Source: Octopus sinensis (lineage: Eukaryota). From it: 64,000 bases of DNA. A program made the translations under genes and the position numbers. The notes under the pieces were generated by a model, which had not been told where the DNA came from, ran no database searches, and was given only the letters and a program-made list of their open reading frames with translations. The stretch lies in the NCBI RefSeq assembly GCF_006345805.1, contig NC_043020.1, positions 8,990,001-9,054,000 on the forward strand, in the 5' to 3' direction. This document shows positions 1-10,493 of this stretch, one piece after another; the first letter of the stretch is position 1, and every line of letters begins with the position of its first letter.

Positions 1-44
1 GGAGTGCTAACATTTCTGCCAGCTCGCTACCTTAGATAGATAAA

Positions 45-265
45 TATATTCTTTTCTACTCTAGGTACAAGGCCTGAAATTTTTGGGGAGGGAGCCAGTC
101 AATTAGATTGATCCCCAGTATGCAGCTGGTACTTAATTTATCGAGCCCAAAAGGATTAGAGGCAAAGTCGACCCCGGTGGAATTTGAACTCACAACTTAA
201 AGAGACGAAATACCACTAAGCATTTTACCCAGCATGCTAATGATTCTGCCAGCTTGCCACTGAAG
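45..265 (-). mobile_element. SINE family B (Nin/Deu-domain-like), ATT-tail variant
   Basis: Reverse complement of a tRNA-like head (ctgccagcttgcc), B box gaatttgaactc and the gcaaagtcgacc/atcgag core shared with other B copies. Confidence 0.75.
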
Positions 266-529
266 CAAAATATTAAGATGTGTGTGTGTGTGTATACATG
301 CATATATGTGTATATATGATCTTGTTTGGAGTTATCAGACTGCAGTTATACTGGGACTCCACTCTGAATTTTAGTTGGTTGAATTGATCCCTTTCAGATT
401 TTTTAGGTTTAAGCCTTGTACTGATTTTATTGATCTCCTATGTTGAACTGCCAAGTTACAGGAATAAATTTGTACCAACACTAAGCAAATAGATATACCC
501 ACACAAACAGGCTTCTTTCAGTTTCTGTC

Positions 530-785
530 TACTAAACATATACATACATATGTACACACATGCATACACACACACACACATATACACAGGCACAACAGGT
601 TTGTTTCAGTTACTAAACGCATACATACATATGTACACACACATATTTATATTATATATATATATATATATATATGCACAGACACATACACACATTCACA
701 CGCACAAACATGCATGCATACACACACACACACATGCATGTGCACACACATACGTGCACATGTACATACACACGTACACTTATGT
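530..785. repeat. compound (CA)n/(TA)n microsatellite
   Basis: Visible dinucleotide runs; explains the HT/YI-rich ORF 550..849. Confidence 0.9.
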
Positions 786-937
786 AGAGCTAGATAAGTA
801 CAACTGGCAAGAATTGACGGTTTCAAAGTTAAGTGGAGCTACATGTTGAAAGAAATACTAGTTTTTTTTCGACAGAAATTCCAAAGTCATTTTGAAAACT
901 ATAAGATTCTTTGAAGTTAAAGGGAACCATGAAATAA

Positions 938-1149
938 CACCCAATTTCTTTTAAAATAAAAAATTTTTTCTTTTTGGTTTACCAGAAGTGGTTACTTCTT
1001 GCAATGATGAAGTACAGTCCCATATGGGCAAATGTCGAACAGACACCCAATTTCTTTTGAAATAGAATTTTTTTCTTTTTGGTTTACCAGGAGTGGTTAC
1101 TTCTTGCAATGATGAAGTACAGTCCCATATAGGCAAATGTCGAACAGAC
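938..1149. repeat. 106-bp tandem duplication (2 copies)
   Basis: cacccaatttctttt...gtcgaacaga starts at 938 and again at 1044. Confidence 0.9.
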
Positions 1150-1329
1150 AGGCTGTAACGACAGATCACGTTCTTTGTCATTCCATTTTTAACCTCTCCT
1201 AGTTTCATGGTTGCTATCTGTCTTTTATGTCAAGAAGTAAATAATCTTATCCATGGAAGGCAATCAGAAACGTAATTTATCAATAAATCAATTTGAAGGG
1301 TGGAACTTGAGATTTGATAAAACTATAAA

Positions 1330-1693
1330 TAATATCTTTTATCTGGTTTGTCGTTAGATTGTGGTCATGCTGGAGCACCACTCTGGAGATTGTTTAGTCA
1401 AGGGAGTCAACCATGGTACTTATTTTTCAGCCCTGGTATTTATTCTATTGGTATCTCTTGCCGAACTGTTAAGTTACAAGGACATAAACATACCAGCAGT
1501 GGTGGGGTGCGCGCGCGCACACACACACACTATGGGCTTCTTTCAGTTTCCACCTACCAAATCCACTCAAGGCTTTGGTTGGCCTGAGGCTATAGTAGAA
1601 GACACTTACATAGTAGGGCCACACAGTGGGACTGAACCTGGAACCATGTAGCTGGTAAACAAGCTGCTTACCACACAGCCATCCCTGCACCTA
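1330..1693 (-). mobile_element. SINE family A, older diverged copy
   Basis: Same modules as young A copies (gtggtcatgctggagcacc, ttctttcagtttcc, gggactgaacctggaaccatg) with many substitutions. Similar old or partial copies lie near 10075-10320, 11030-11365, 16760-17090, 19520-19760, 21505-21880, 23060-23210, 23490-23650, 28775-28920, 29990-30175, 38930-39100, 39470-39870, 48900-49010 and 63300-63425. Confidence 0.75.
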
Positions 1694-1694
1694 T

Positions 1695-2101
1695 ACTCTT
1701 ACTCTTTTTACTTGTTTCAGTCATTTGACTGCGGCCATGCTGGAGCACCGCCTTTAGTCGAGCAACTTGACCCCGGGACTTATTCTTTTTGTAAGCCCAG
1801 TACTTATTCTATCGGTCTCTTTTTGCCGAACCGCTAAGTGACGGGGACGTAAACACAGCAGCATCGGTTGTCAAGCAATGCTAGGGGTACAAACACACAC
1901 ACACATACACATATATATATATATATATACATATATACGACAGGCTTCTTTCAGTTTCCGTCTACCAAATCCACTCACAAGGCATTGGTCGGCCCGGGGC
2001 TATAGCAGAAGACACTTGCCCAAGATGCCATGCAGTGGGACTGAACCCGGAACCATGTGGTTGGTTAGCAAGCTACTTACCACACAGCCACTCCTGCGCC
2101 T
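1695..2101 (-). mobile_element. SINE family A (tRNA head, CORE-like cttgggcaagtg, internal TA/CA microsatellite, AAAAGAGT tail), young copy
   Basis: Minus strand reads aggcgcaggagtggctgtgtggt (A box) ... ggttcagtccc (B box) ... gactgaaacaagtaaaaagagt. Near-identical to nine other copies in the window. Confidence 0.9.
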
Positions 2102-2419
2102 ATGTTTTTTTTTTTTTAAGCACCAAAACAGTTTGTGTTACAAGAAATAATACAAGTAGTATTAACAGAACCAGATTGCATGCAGCAGCCGATTGGCTGC
2201 TATATCAGCCTGTACATACAAAGCAACCTCCCACCTCATACACACACACTACAGAACAGAAAAACCAGCTTGCTCTACCAATTCACTGAAGATTTCCTGA
2301 AGAAACAGTCAGAACCCTGAAATATTGAAATACAAGATAGAAATACAAACTGACATTTTTATTATTTCCTGTAACTTGCATTGTTTTGGCTTAAGAAATT
2401 AAAGACATTCATTTGATTG

Positions 2420-2531
2420 TATCATCATCGTCGTCATCATCGTCGTTTAACGTCCGTTCTCCATGCTAGCATGGGTTGGACGGTTCGACCGGGGTTCTGG
2501 GAAGCCAGAAGGCTGCACCAGGCTCCAGTCT
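2420..2531 (-). mobile_element. RTE-type 3' end with (GAT)n tail (family C), short fragment
   Basis: catcatcgtcgtttaacgtccgttctccatgctagcatgggttggacgg matches the 3' end of the RT-bearing copy at 33181-34200. Confidence 0.8.
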
Positions 2532-2544
2532 ATATGTGTATATA

Positions 2545-3146
2545 TATTTCTTTACTACCCACAAGGGGCTAAACATAGAGAGGACGAACAAGGACAAACA
2601 AACAGATTAAGTCGATTACATCGACCCCAGTGCGAAATTGGTACTTTTATTTATCGACCCCGAAAGGATGAAAGGCAAAGTCGACCTCGGCGGAATTTGA
2701 ACTCAGAACGTAGTGGCAGACGAAATACCTATTTCTTTACTACCCACAAGGGGCTAAACACAGAGGGGACAGACAAGGACAAACAAACGGATTAAGTCGA
2801 TTACATCGACCCCAGTGCGAAACTGGTACTTTTATTTATCGACCCCGAAAGGATGAAAGGCAAAGTCGACCTCGGCGGAATTTGAACTCAGAACGTAGTG
2901 GCAGACGAAATACCTATTTCTTTACTACCCACAGGGCTAAAACACAGAGGGGACAGACAAGGACAAACAAACGGATTAATCGATTACATCGACCCCAGTG
3001 CGAAACTGGTACTTTTATTTATCGACCCCGAAAGGATGAAAGGCAAAGTCGACCTCGGCGGAATTTGAACTCAGAACGTAACGACAGACGAAATACCGCT
3101 AAGCATTCCGCCCAGTGCGCTAACGTGTCTGCCAGCTCGCCGCCTT
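2545..3146 (-). mobile_element. SINE family B head-to-tail trimer (185-bp period)
   Basis: tatttctttactaccc at 2545, 2730 and 2915. A single tRNA-like head lies at about 3095-3146. Confidence 0.9.
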
Positions 3147-3601
3147 GTATGTGTATATAGTTTACTGTTCTGTTATAGGTAGGATCAACACACAAAAGTA
3201 CCCCATTCAGTGAGTGTTAAATATCCTTTAAATTACACAGTATAAAGATATGAACTACAAACATTTTACTGCTCTGGAAATCTGGGATCTTGGCAGGTTT
3301 TTATAACATGCCTTGTATTCCCAGAGCTGAGGATTGCTTGGAGACAGAAAGCAAGAAACTAGTGGCTCATATCTTTATACTGTGACATTAAATGATAGAT
3401 ATATATATATATATACACACACACATATATATATCGCTGTGATTGACCAGGCTATCAGATGTTGCTACACATCGCTGGTCACAATGCGCTTCGCATTATA
3501 TATATAGTTGGATTAACTATATATACACATACACAACACACCACATATATATATATAATACACACACACACATATATATATATATAATATATATACATAC
3601 A

Positions 3602-3632
<31 letters not shown>

Positions 3633-3633
<1 letters not shown>

Positions 3634-4683
3634 CAGGTATATATTAAGAATGAAATGTCTGACTTTGAACTGAAAGTTTTACTTTATCTCAACAAAATGC
3701 AATGCAGTTAATCAAAGTGTGCACCTAAATTATCAACACAGTTTCACCATTTTATGTCTTGCTTATTTATGCCGGCAGTGAAGAATTCTGGAGAGCAAGA
3801 GGTGATGAAATCACGAAAGGCTGTTTTTGCATCTTCGTCAGATTTGAAGTTTTTTCCCCTTGGAAAAAGTTGTCTAATGCCTGGAAAACGTGATAGTCAG
3901 TTGGTGCAAGGCCTGGTGGGTGACAGAGTACTTCCAAGTTCAGTTTCTGGAACTTGAGTAGCGGTCTTTGTGCAACATGTGGTCAAGCATTGTCTTGCGA
4001 GAGAATTAGCCTGTCTCTATTGACCAATCTCGGTTGTTTAATTGCAAGTTCACTCATCATTTCATCCAATTGGTTGATGTATACATCCGTTGTAATTGAC
4101 TTACCAGGTCTCGTGAAGCTGTAGCAGATGACACCAGTGCTGGACCACCAAACGGACACCATTAGTTTATTTTGGTGAATATTCTTTTTTGGATTGTGTC
4201 TTGGCACTTTGTCTCTATCCAACCACTGTGCAGAATGCTTGCTATTGTTGAAAAGAATCCATTTCTCAGCATGCATAACAATATGATGCAAAAGTGGTTC
4301 GCTTTTATATCATGACAGCAAAGAACAGCAAGTTTCAAGATGACGTGTCATTTGATGCTCGTCTAGTTTGTGTGGTACCCACTTGTCCAACTTCTTTACC
4401 TTGCCTATTTGTTTCAGATGGTCCAATACAATTGGAATTGGAACCTCAAACCTTGCTGCTAACTCACACGTAGTTTGAAATACATCCGCTTCCACTACAG
4501 TTTCCAACTCATCGTTATCCACCTTGGTCTCTGGTCTACCATGGGGTTGATTTTCAAGAGTGAGGTCACCAGACTGGAACTTCTCAAACCATCCATGTAC
4601 AGTGCACTCATTCACCACATCTTCACCTCACTGTTGTTTTGAGCCGTCTGGGATGCATTGGTTCCACGATGGAACACATACTC
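3633..4683 (-). mobile_element. Tc1/mariner transposon relic; 3' TIR present, 5' end displaced by a SINE
   Basis: TA at 3631-3632 then TIR-like tcaggtatatattaagaatgaaatgtc. Mariner transposase motifs on the minus strand. Confidence 0.9.
3708..4683 (-). pseudogene. mariner (DD34D-type) transposase pseudogene
   Basis: Reads EYVFHRGTNASQTA, WFEKF, WVPHKL, AEKWILF (first D mutated), QDNA*PH, HPP-G-LAPTDYH (3 codons short of YSPDLAP), ending CVDNLGAHFD* at 3708. Contains stops and frameshifts. Confidence 0.9.
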
Positions 4684-5080
4684 TCTCTTTTACTTGTTTC
4701 AGTCATTTGACTATGGCCATACTGGAGCACCGCCTTTAGTCGAGCAAATCGACCCCAGGACTTATTCTTTGTAAGCCCAGTACTTATTCTATCGGTCTCT
4801 TTTGCCGAACCGCTAAGTGACGGGGACGTAAACACACCAGCATCGGTAGTCAAGCAATGCTAGGGGGACAAACACAGACACACAAACATATACACACACA
4901 CTTATATATATATACATATATACGACAGGCTTCTTTCAGTTTCCGTCTCCCAAATCCACTCACAAGGCATTGGTCGGACCAGGGTTATAGCAGAAGACAC
5001 TTGCCCAAGATGCCACGCAATGGGACTGAACCCGGAACCATGTGGTTGGTTAGCAAGCTACTTACCACACAGCCACTCCT
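4684..5080 (-). mobile_element. SINE family A, young copy inserted in the mariner 5' coding region
   Basis: Family A consensus begins immediately after the transposase codons EY (catactc, 4677-4683). Confidence 0.9.
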
Positions 5081-5675
5081 ATATATATATATATAGATAT
5101 AGATATATAGATAGACACATAGTGCATGTGTGTATAGTTGAAATAATCTCAAAACTTATTTAGTGTCCATTACTATGAAATCATTTCACTGATTTTATAA
5201 AAACAATCTCATATTTCAATTTTTCCTCTGATGAGATGGTTTGGTTTTAATGAGATCATTGTAAGTATTGTAAGGAAGGACTTGAAATATGAAAAACCTG
5301 TTTTCTATGATCATTTCAAGTATGCGGCACTTCCAATTACAGTATAACTTGTATTCGAAAAATATTTTTTTATCTTTTACATCTGAATATGTGAACTTAT
5401 ACAATGTTAAGTGGGATTTATCAGAATAGGGGAGCTTCAAGTGGTTTGAATATAGAATTCTAATTTGTATAATGTCATGTTTTAGCACATCACTGTGTAT
5501 ATGTATATATATATATATATGTATGTATATGTATCTTTTGTCATCAGACTTTGGCCATGCTGGGACATTGTCTTGAAGGGTGGTACTTAGCAGTTTGACA
5601 AAAGAGACCAACAGAATGTTATGGGAATATTAACAAACACCAACACCAGTTGTCAAGTGATAGGTGACACAGATA

Positions 5676-5907
5676 GGGCGGCGAACTGGCACAGTCGTTA
5701 GCAGGCCAGGCGAACTGACGAGCGGTATTTCGTCTGCAGTTACGTTCTGGGTTCAAATTCTGCCGAGGTCGACTTTGCCTTTCATCCTTTCGGGATCGAT
5801 AAATTAAGTACCAGTTACGCACTGGGGTTGATGTAATCGACTTAATACCTATGTCTGTCCTTGTTTGTCCTCTCTGTGTTTAGCCCCTTGTGGGTAATGA
5901 AGAAATA
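5676..5907 (+). mobile_element. SINE family B monomer with 17-bp TSD, nested in an old family A copy
   Basis: Perfect gataggtgacacagata at 5659-5675 and 5908-5924. The element ends in gaaata. Confidence 0.9.
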
Positions 5908-5942
5908 GATAGGTGACACAGATACACACGCACATGCATGCA

Positions 5943-5977
<35 letters not shown>

Positions 5978-6297
5978 CTACCACTTAGCAAATTCACACA
6001 GATGACACTCGCCCAAGGTGCCCCACTGTGGGAAACCACACAATTGTGAAGCAAGCTTCTTAATCACAAAGCCATCCATGCACCTACATTATAAATATAT
6101 ATCAGTTAATTGTCTCTTATAAATAATAGAAATCTTGTCTCTCTGACAGTGTCTTCAATTGCATTCCGTAGTTTGTTGGTCAGTTGCCTTATGAATAATA
6201 TAAACGTTGTGGATGGTAGACCACACTTTCAGTTTCATTCATAGTTACAAACTGTTCCATTCATAGACCATAGTAGAATATTAGTATTAATGTGGCA

Positions 6298-6885
6298 AAG
6301 GCAACGAGCTGGCAGAAACGTTAGCATGCCGGGCGAAATGCTTAGCGTTATTTTATCTGCCGTTACGTTCTGAGTTCAAATTCCATCAAGGTCAACTTTG
6401 CCTTTCATTCTTTTGGGGTCGATTAAATAAGTACCAGTTACGCACTGGAGTCGATATAATCGACTTAATCCGTTTGTCTGTCCTTGTTTGTCCTCTCTAT
6501 GTTTAGCCCCTTGTGGGTAGTAAAGGAATAGGTATTTCGTCTGCCGCTACGTTCTGAGTTCAGATTCCACCAAGGTCAACTTTGCCTTTCATTCTTTTGG
6601 GCTCGATTAAATAAGTACCAGTTACGCACTGGGGTCGATATAATCAACTTAATCCATTTGTCTGTCCTTGTTTTTTCCCTCTGTGTGTAGCCCCTTGTGG
6701 GCAGTAAAGAAATAGAAATAGGTATTTCATCTTTCGCTACATTGTGAGCTCAAATTCTGCCGAGGTTGACTTTTCGTCCTTTTGGTGGTCGATAAAATAA
6801 GTACCAGTTGCATACTGGGGTTGATGTAATCGACTCATCCCCTCCCTCAAAATTGCTGCCCTTGTAGCAAAATTTGAAACCATTA
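6298..6885 (+). mobile_element. SINE family B trimer with tail switch in unit 3
   Basis: Head at 6298; re-entry ggtatttc at 6531 and 6721. Unit 3 carries the alternative ccctccctcaaaattg...cattatta tail. Confidence 0.85.
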
Positions 6886-7260
6886 TTACTTCTGCCAAGG
6901 AAGGAAGTTATGTTTTCATCGGCGTTGGTTTGTCCGTCTATCTGCAAAATAACTCCAAAAGTTGCGAACAGTATTTGATGAAACTTGCGGGAAAAGTTGG
7001 TAATGACACGAGGAACAGATGATGAAATTTTGGTTGTGATTTGGGGATTTTTATGGATTCTTGAAGGATTTTTCATTTGTTATATTTACTTTACATGAAG
7101 TATTACAATGTTACTTTCTTTGATTATCTCCCTTGAAAACACGTTCATCGTTTCCATGTAACCTATGGTGGCGTTGCTGTTTCCAAAGTTTATTTTCATT
7201 TCTCTATTAATTTTACTTGCGTATCTATCTTAAAATGAGCTGCTTGGCGGAGGTCTGCAG
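6883..7260 (+). mobile_element. Helentron-type non-autonomous element (HINE-like)
   Basis: Subterminal inverted repeats acttctgccaag (6888-6899) and cttggcggaggt (7243-7254), 10/12 complementary. Followed by the ggaagttatgttttc start motif. Confidence 0.65.
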
Positions 7261-7737
7261 AGGATGACATGACAAGCCTTGACTGTTGGGATCGACTCAG
7301 AAATCTCAGGCTTTGCTCCCTCCACTGCCACTGTGAAACTAGCTTGCTGTTGTCATTGATGTATTATAACTGCTTCAGATGATTCCTGATTTTAATGATA
7401 ACTGAGTTATTTTACTAAATTCTTTATTATATTTAAAATTAATTGAAAGAAACACAGAGCATCTCAACAGAAACATGGTAACAAAAGGGTTGATCTTTTT
7501 TGCTTTGTGGAATTTCCACAGGTCCCATTAGTATTGATGTTGAAGATATGAAAGGTGAAGATGACCTCAACAGCAATAAAATCATTCTTTCTTTCTTAAA
7601 TAGCTTCTCTTAACCCTTTTGATACCAACCTGGCTGAAACCGGATCTGGCTCTGTAGTACAAATGTCTTGTTTTCATAAGTTTTGAATTAAAATCTTCCA
7701 CCAAAACTTAGTCACAATTTATATTCCTAACTCTAGC

Positions 7738-7965
7738 TTAACCCTTTAGCATTTAAACCGGCCATATCCGGCCCAAATTTTCTACTGCGTTTATGTTCAA
7801 ACCATCTAGATCTGGCCTTTCACTCATATCCTACAATGACATCCTCAAAATAAACCATCTCATCATCAAATTCTCAGAACTACAAGATAATGCAGGATTA
7901 ATTCAAAACAATGTGAACGAAAAAGCTTTATATTTGACAGAGTAATCTGAACACTAAAGGGTTAA
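7738..7965 (+). mobile_element. piggyBac-type TTAA MITE (family P1)
   Basis: TTAA-ccctttag ... ctaaaggg-TTAA. Confidence 0.9.
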
Positions 7966-7990
7966 AGGGTTTTTTTTAAAAAAATTATAT

Positions 7991-8400
7991 ACTCTTTTAC
8001 TCTTTTACTTGTTTCAGTCATTTGACTGTGGCCATGCTGGAGCACCGCCTTTAATCGAGCAACTCGACCCCGGGACTTATTCTTTTGTAAGCCCAGTACT
8101 TATTCTATCAGTCTCTTTTGCCGAACCGCTAAGTGACGGGGACGTAAACACACCAGCATCGGTTGTCAAACAATGCTAGGGGGACAAACACAGACACACA
8201 AACATACACGCACATACATATATATATATATATACATATATACGACGGGCTTCTTTCAGTTTCCGCCTACCAAATCCACTCACAAGGCATTGGTCGGCCC
8301 GGGGCTATAGCAGAAGACACTTGCCCAAGGTGCCACGCAGTGGGACTGAACCCGGAACCATGTGGTTGGTTAGCAAGCTACTTACCACACAGCCACTCCT
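7991..8400 (-). mobile_element. SINE family A, young copy
   Basis: Near-identical to 1695-2101. Confidence 0.9.
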
Positions 8401-8416
8401 GGCTGTGTTATTTTTT

Positions 8417-8543
8417 TTCCCCACCAAGGAGGTTATGTTTTTGCCAGTGTTGGTTTGGGAAATTGGGCGATTTTCAGCATGCATGTATATGGGTGGAAAT
8501 GAGCTGCTTGGTGGAAGTCTGTGCTCTCTGAGTGCTTTTTTTT
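8417..8543 (+). mobile_element. miniature Helentron-type element
   Basis: ccaccaaggaggttatg ... gagctgcttggtggaagtctgtgctctctgagtgc followed by a T-run. Same ends as 6883-7260. Confidence 0.6.
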
Positions 8544-8552
8544 AATTACTAT

Positions 8553-9215
8553 TAAGGTGGCAAGCCAGCAGACTCGTTAGCACGCCAAGCGATAATGCTT
8601 AGCAGCATTTCTTCCGTCTTCATGTGCTGATTTCAAATTCCACTGAGGTTGAATTTACCTTTCATTCTTTCGGTTGATGTAATCAACTTATTCCCTCTCT
8701 CAAAATTACTGGCCTTGTGCCAAAATTTGAAATCATCATCATCATTATTATTATTATTAAAAATGCAGCGAGCTGGCAGAAACGTTAGCACGGCGGGCGA
8801 AATGCCTAGCATTTTTTCATCTGTCTGAGTTCAAATTCTGCCTGGGTCGACTTTGCCTTTCATCCTTTTTGGGTTTGATAAATTAAGTACCAGTTGTGTA
8901 CTGTGGTTTGATCTAATCGACTGGCCCCCTCCCCCAAAATTTCATGTCTTGTGCCTAGAGTAGAAAAGATTATTATTATTAAAATGGTTGAACTTGGGAG
9001 AATTATTTGCACATTGGACAAAATGCTTACTGGTATTTCTTTTGTGGGTCTTTACAGTCCTGAATTCAAAACCGACCACGGTTGACTTTGCTTTTTGTCC
9101 TTGCAGGCTCTATGAATTAAAGTACCAGTCAAGTACTAGAGTTGATGGTATCAACTTGACCACTTCCACTAAAAATTGCTGGCCCTGTGCCAAAATTAGA
9201 AAGAAGTTATTTCTA
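8553..9215 (+). mobile_element. stack of three diverged family B (ATT-tail) SINEs
   Basis: Heads near 8555, 8762 and 8985, each following the (ATT)n tail of the previous copy. Confidence 0.75.
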
Positions 9216-9734
9216 TTGATGTGATATGCTTTCTGTGGGCACACACTGTGTTTCTGGCAATCTGTCATTCATAGATGTCCATGGTCATGTGATGACTTCG
9301 TCAATGGAGCTTCAAAGAGAATCTTAAGAGATATCTTGTGCTGTTTGTTAACTCTCAACACAGCAGAAATGGCATGTTTATTCATATTGATTACTGCAGC
9401 AGCTCATTTTTCTAGGTTAGATTTTAACTACTAATTTAAATATCGATTCTAGTGATTTACGCACTCTTGTAAAGTTTTTGCGTAGTAAATTGTGTTTCCA
9501 TATATATTCCGTAGTAAATTCTATATTGTAACTCTATATGTTGGCTAATGCAGACCTTTGTGTCAACTCCATGTTCTCAGCTGTGTTGCTTTGAATTTAT
9601 TATATTTAAGAGCATATAAAATGCACATTTTCCTGCAAAAAATATCCCAAAAGATTACCCTAGGTCCTATATGCAAACTTGGGGTCTCCAGTATGCCTGT
9701 CTCTCTATAGTAAAAATTAAGACCCTTTTTGGTC

Positions 9735-10022
9735 AAGAATGTCCTAGGGATTGCATCTAGAAAGGTCTCCTCCAGGGCACAAGTTCAGGCAAGGTTGTTT
9801 CTGGAAGACCAGCAATCTCCCATGCACACCAGTCTCCGCTCTCCATGCCACTGATGTTGTCTCGGGGAAAGGCAAAGGCCATGATACAGTTTGGCACCAG
9901 TCACGTTGCAACTCATTTCCTGAGCAATGTGAAATAGTGTCTTGCTCAAGAACACAACACACAGACTGGGCTGAGAATCAAACCCACTACCTCATGATTA
10001 TGAGCATGCACCTTCACTTACC
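9735..10022 (-). mobile_element. SINE family F (cttgagcaagacact motif)
   Basis: Reverse complement of the copy at 32418-33000 (ggcaaaggccatgatacag, gtgtcttgctcaag). Confidence 0.65.
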
Positions 10023-10029
10023 AAATACA

Positions 10030-10063
<34 letters not shown>

Positions 10064-10128
10064 ATATACATATATATATAACATTTTTGTCAAGCAATGG
10101 TGAGATGACAAACACAGATACACATGTG

Positions 10129-10161
<33 letters not shown>

Positions 10162-10423
10162 GACGGGCTTCTTTCAGTTTCCGCCTACCAAATCTAGTCA
10201 AAAGGCTTTGGTTGGCCCAAGGCTATAGCAGACCACACTTGCCCAAGGTGTCACGCATTGGGACTGAACCTAGAACCATGTGGTTGGTAAGCAAGCTACT
10301 TACCACACAGCCACTCCTGCTCATAACACTTCCGGTATGCAAATTAGGGACTCCTTCATGGAGTAACTGCTGCATTTGTTGAGTATATAAACAGTTTGGC
10401 TGCTTGTTTCTCTAGAGACTGTC

Positions 10424-10493
10424 AGAATGATGTGGATGCCTCTGATGAGAACTCAGTAAGGTTTGAAAATCGATTAAGGTTGTTCATCATTTT
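10424..10493 (+). ncRNA. candidate type I hammerhead ribozyme (Penelope pLTR-like context)
   Basis: CUGAUGA 10442-10448; stem II GAACU/GGUUU with a 6-nt loop; GAAA 10465-10468; palindromic stem III AAUCGAUU; UUA triplet ending at 10476; stem I of 4 bp, an internal loop and 9 bp (agaaugaug/caucauuuu). Confidence 0.65.

Noticed and set aside
5216-5490. Possible Penelope GIY-YIG relics (here and 9360-9600, minus)
   Set aside because: Only vague motif resemblance (LYKFTYS, RKSLESIF). It cannot be supported without a profile search.
7500-7600. Exon-like GPISIDVEDMKG
   Set aside because: It overlaps a decayed reverse family B SINE core (atgaaagg...gacctc).
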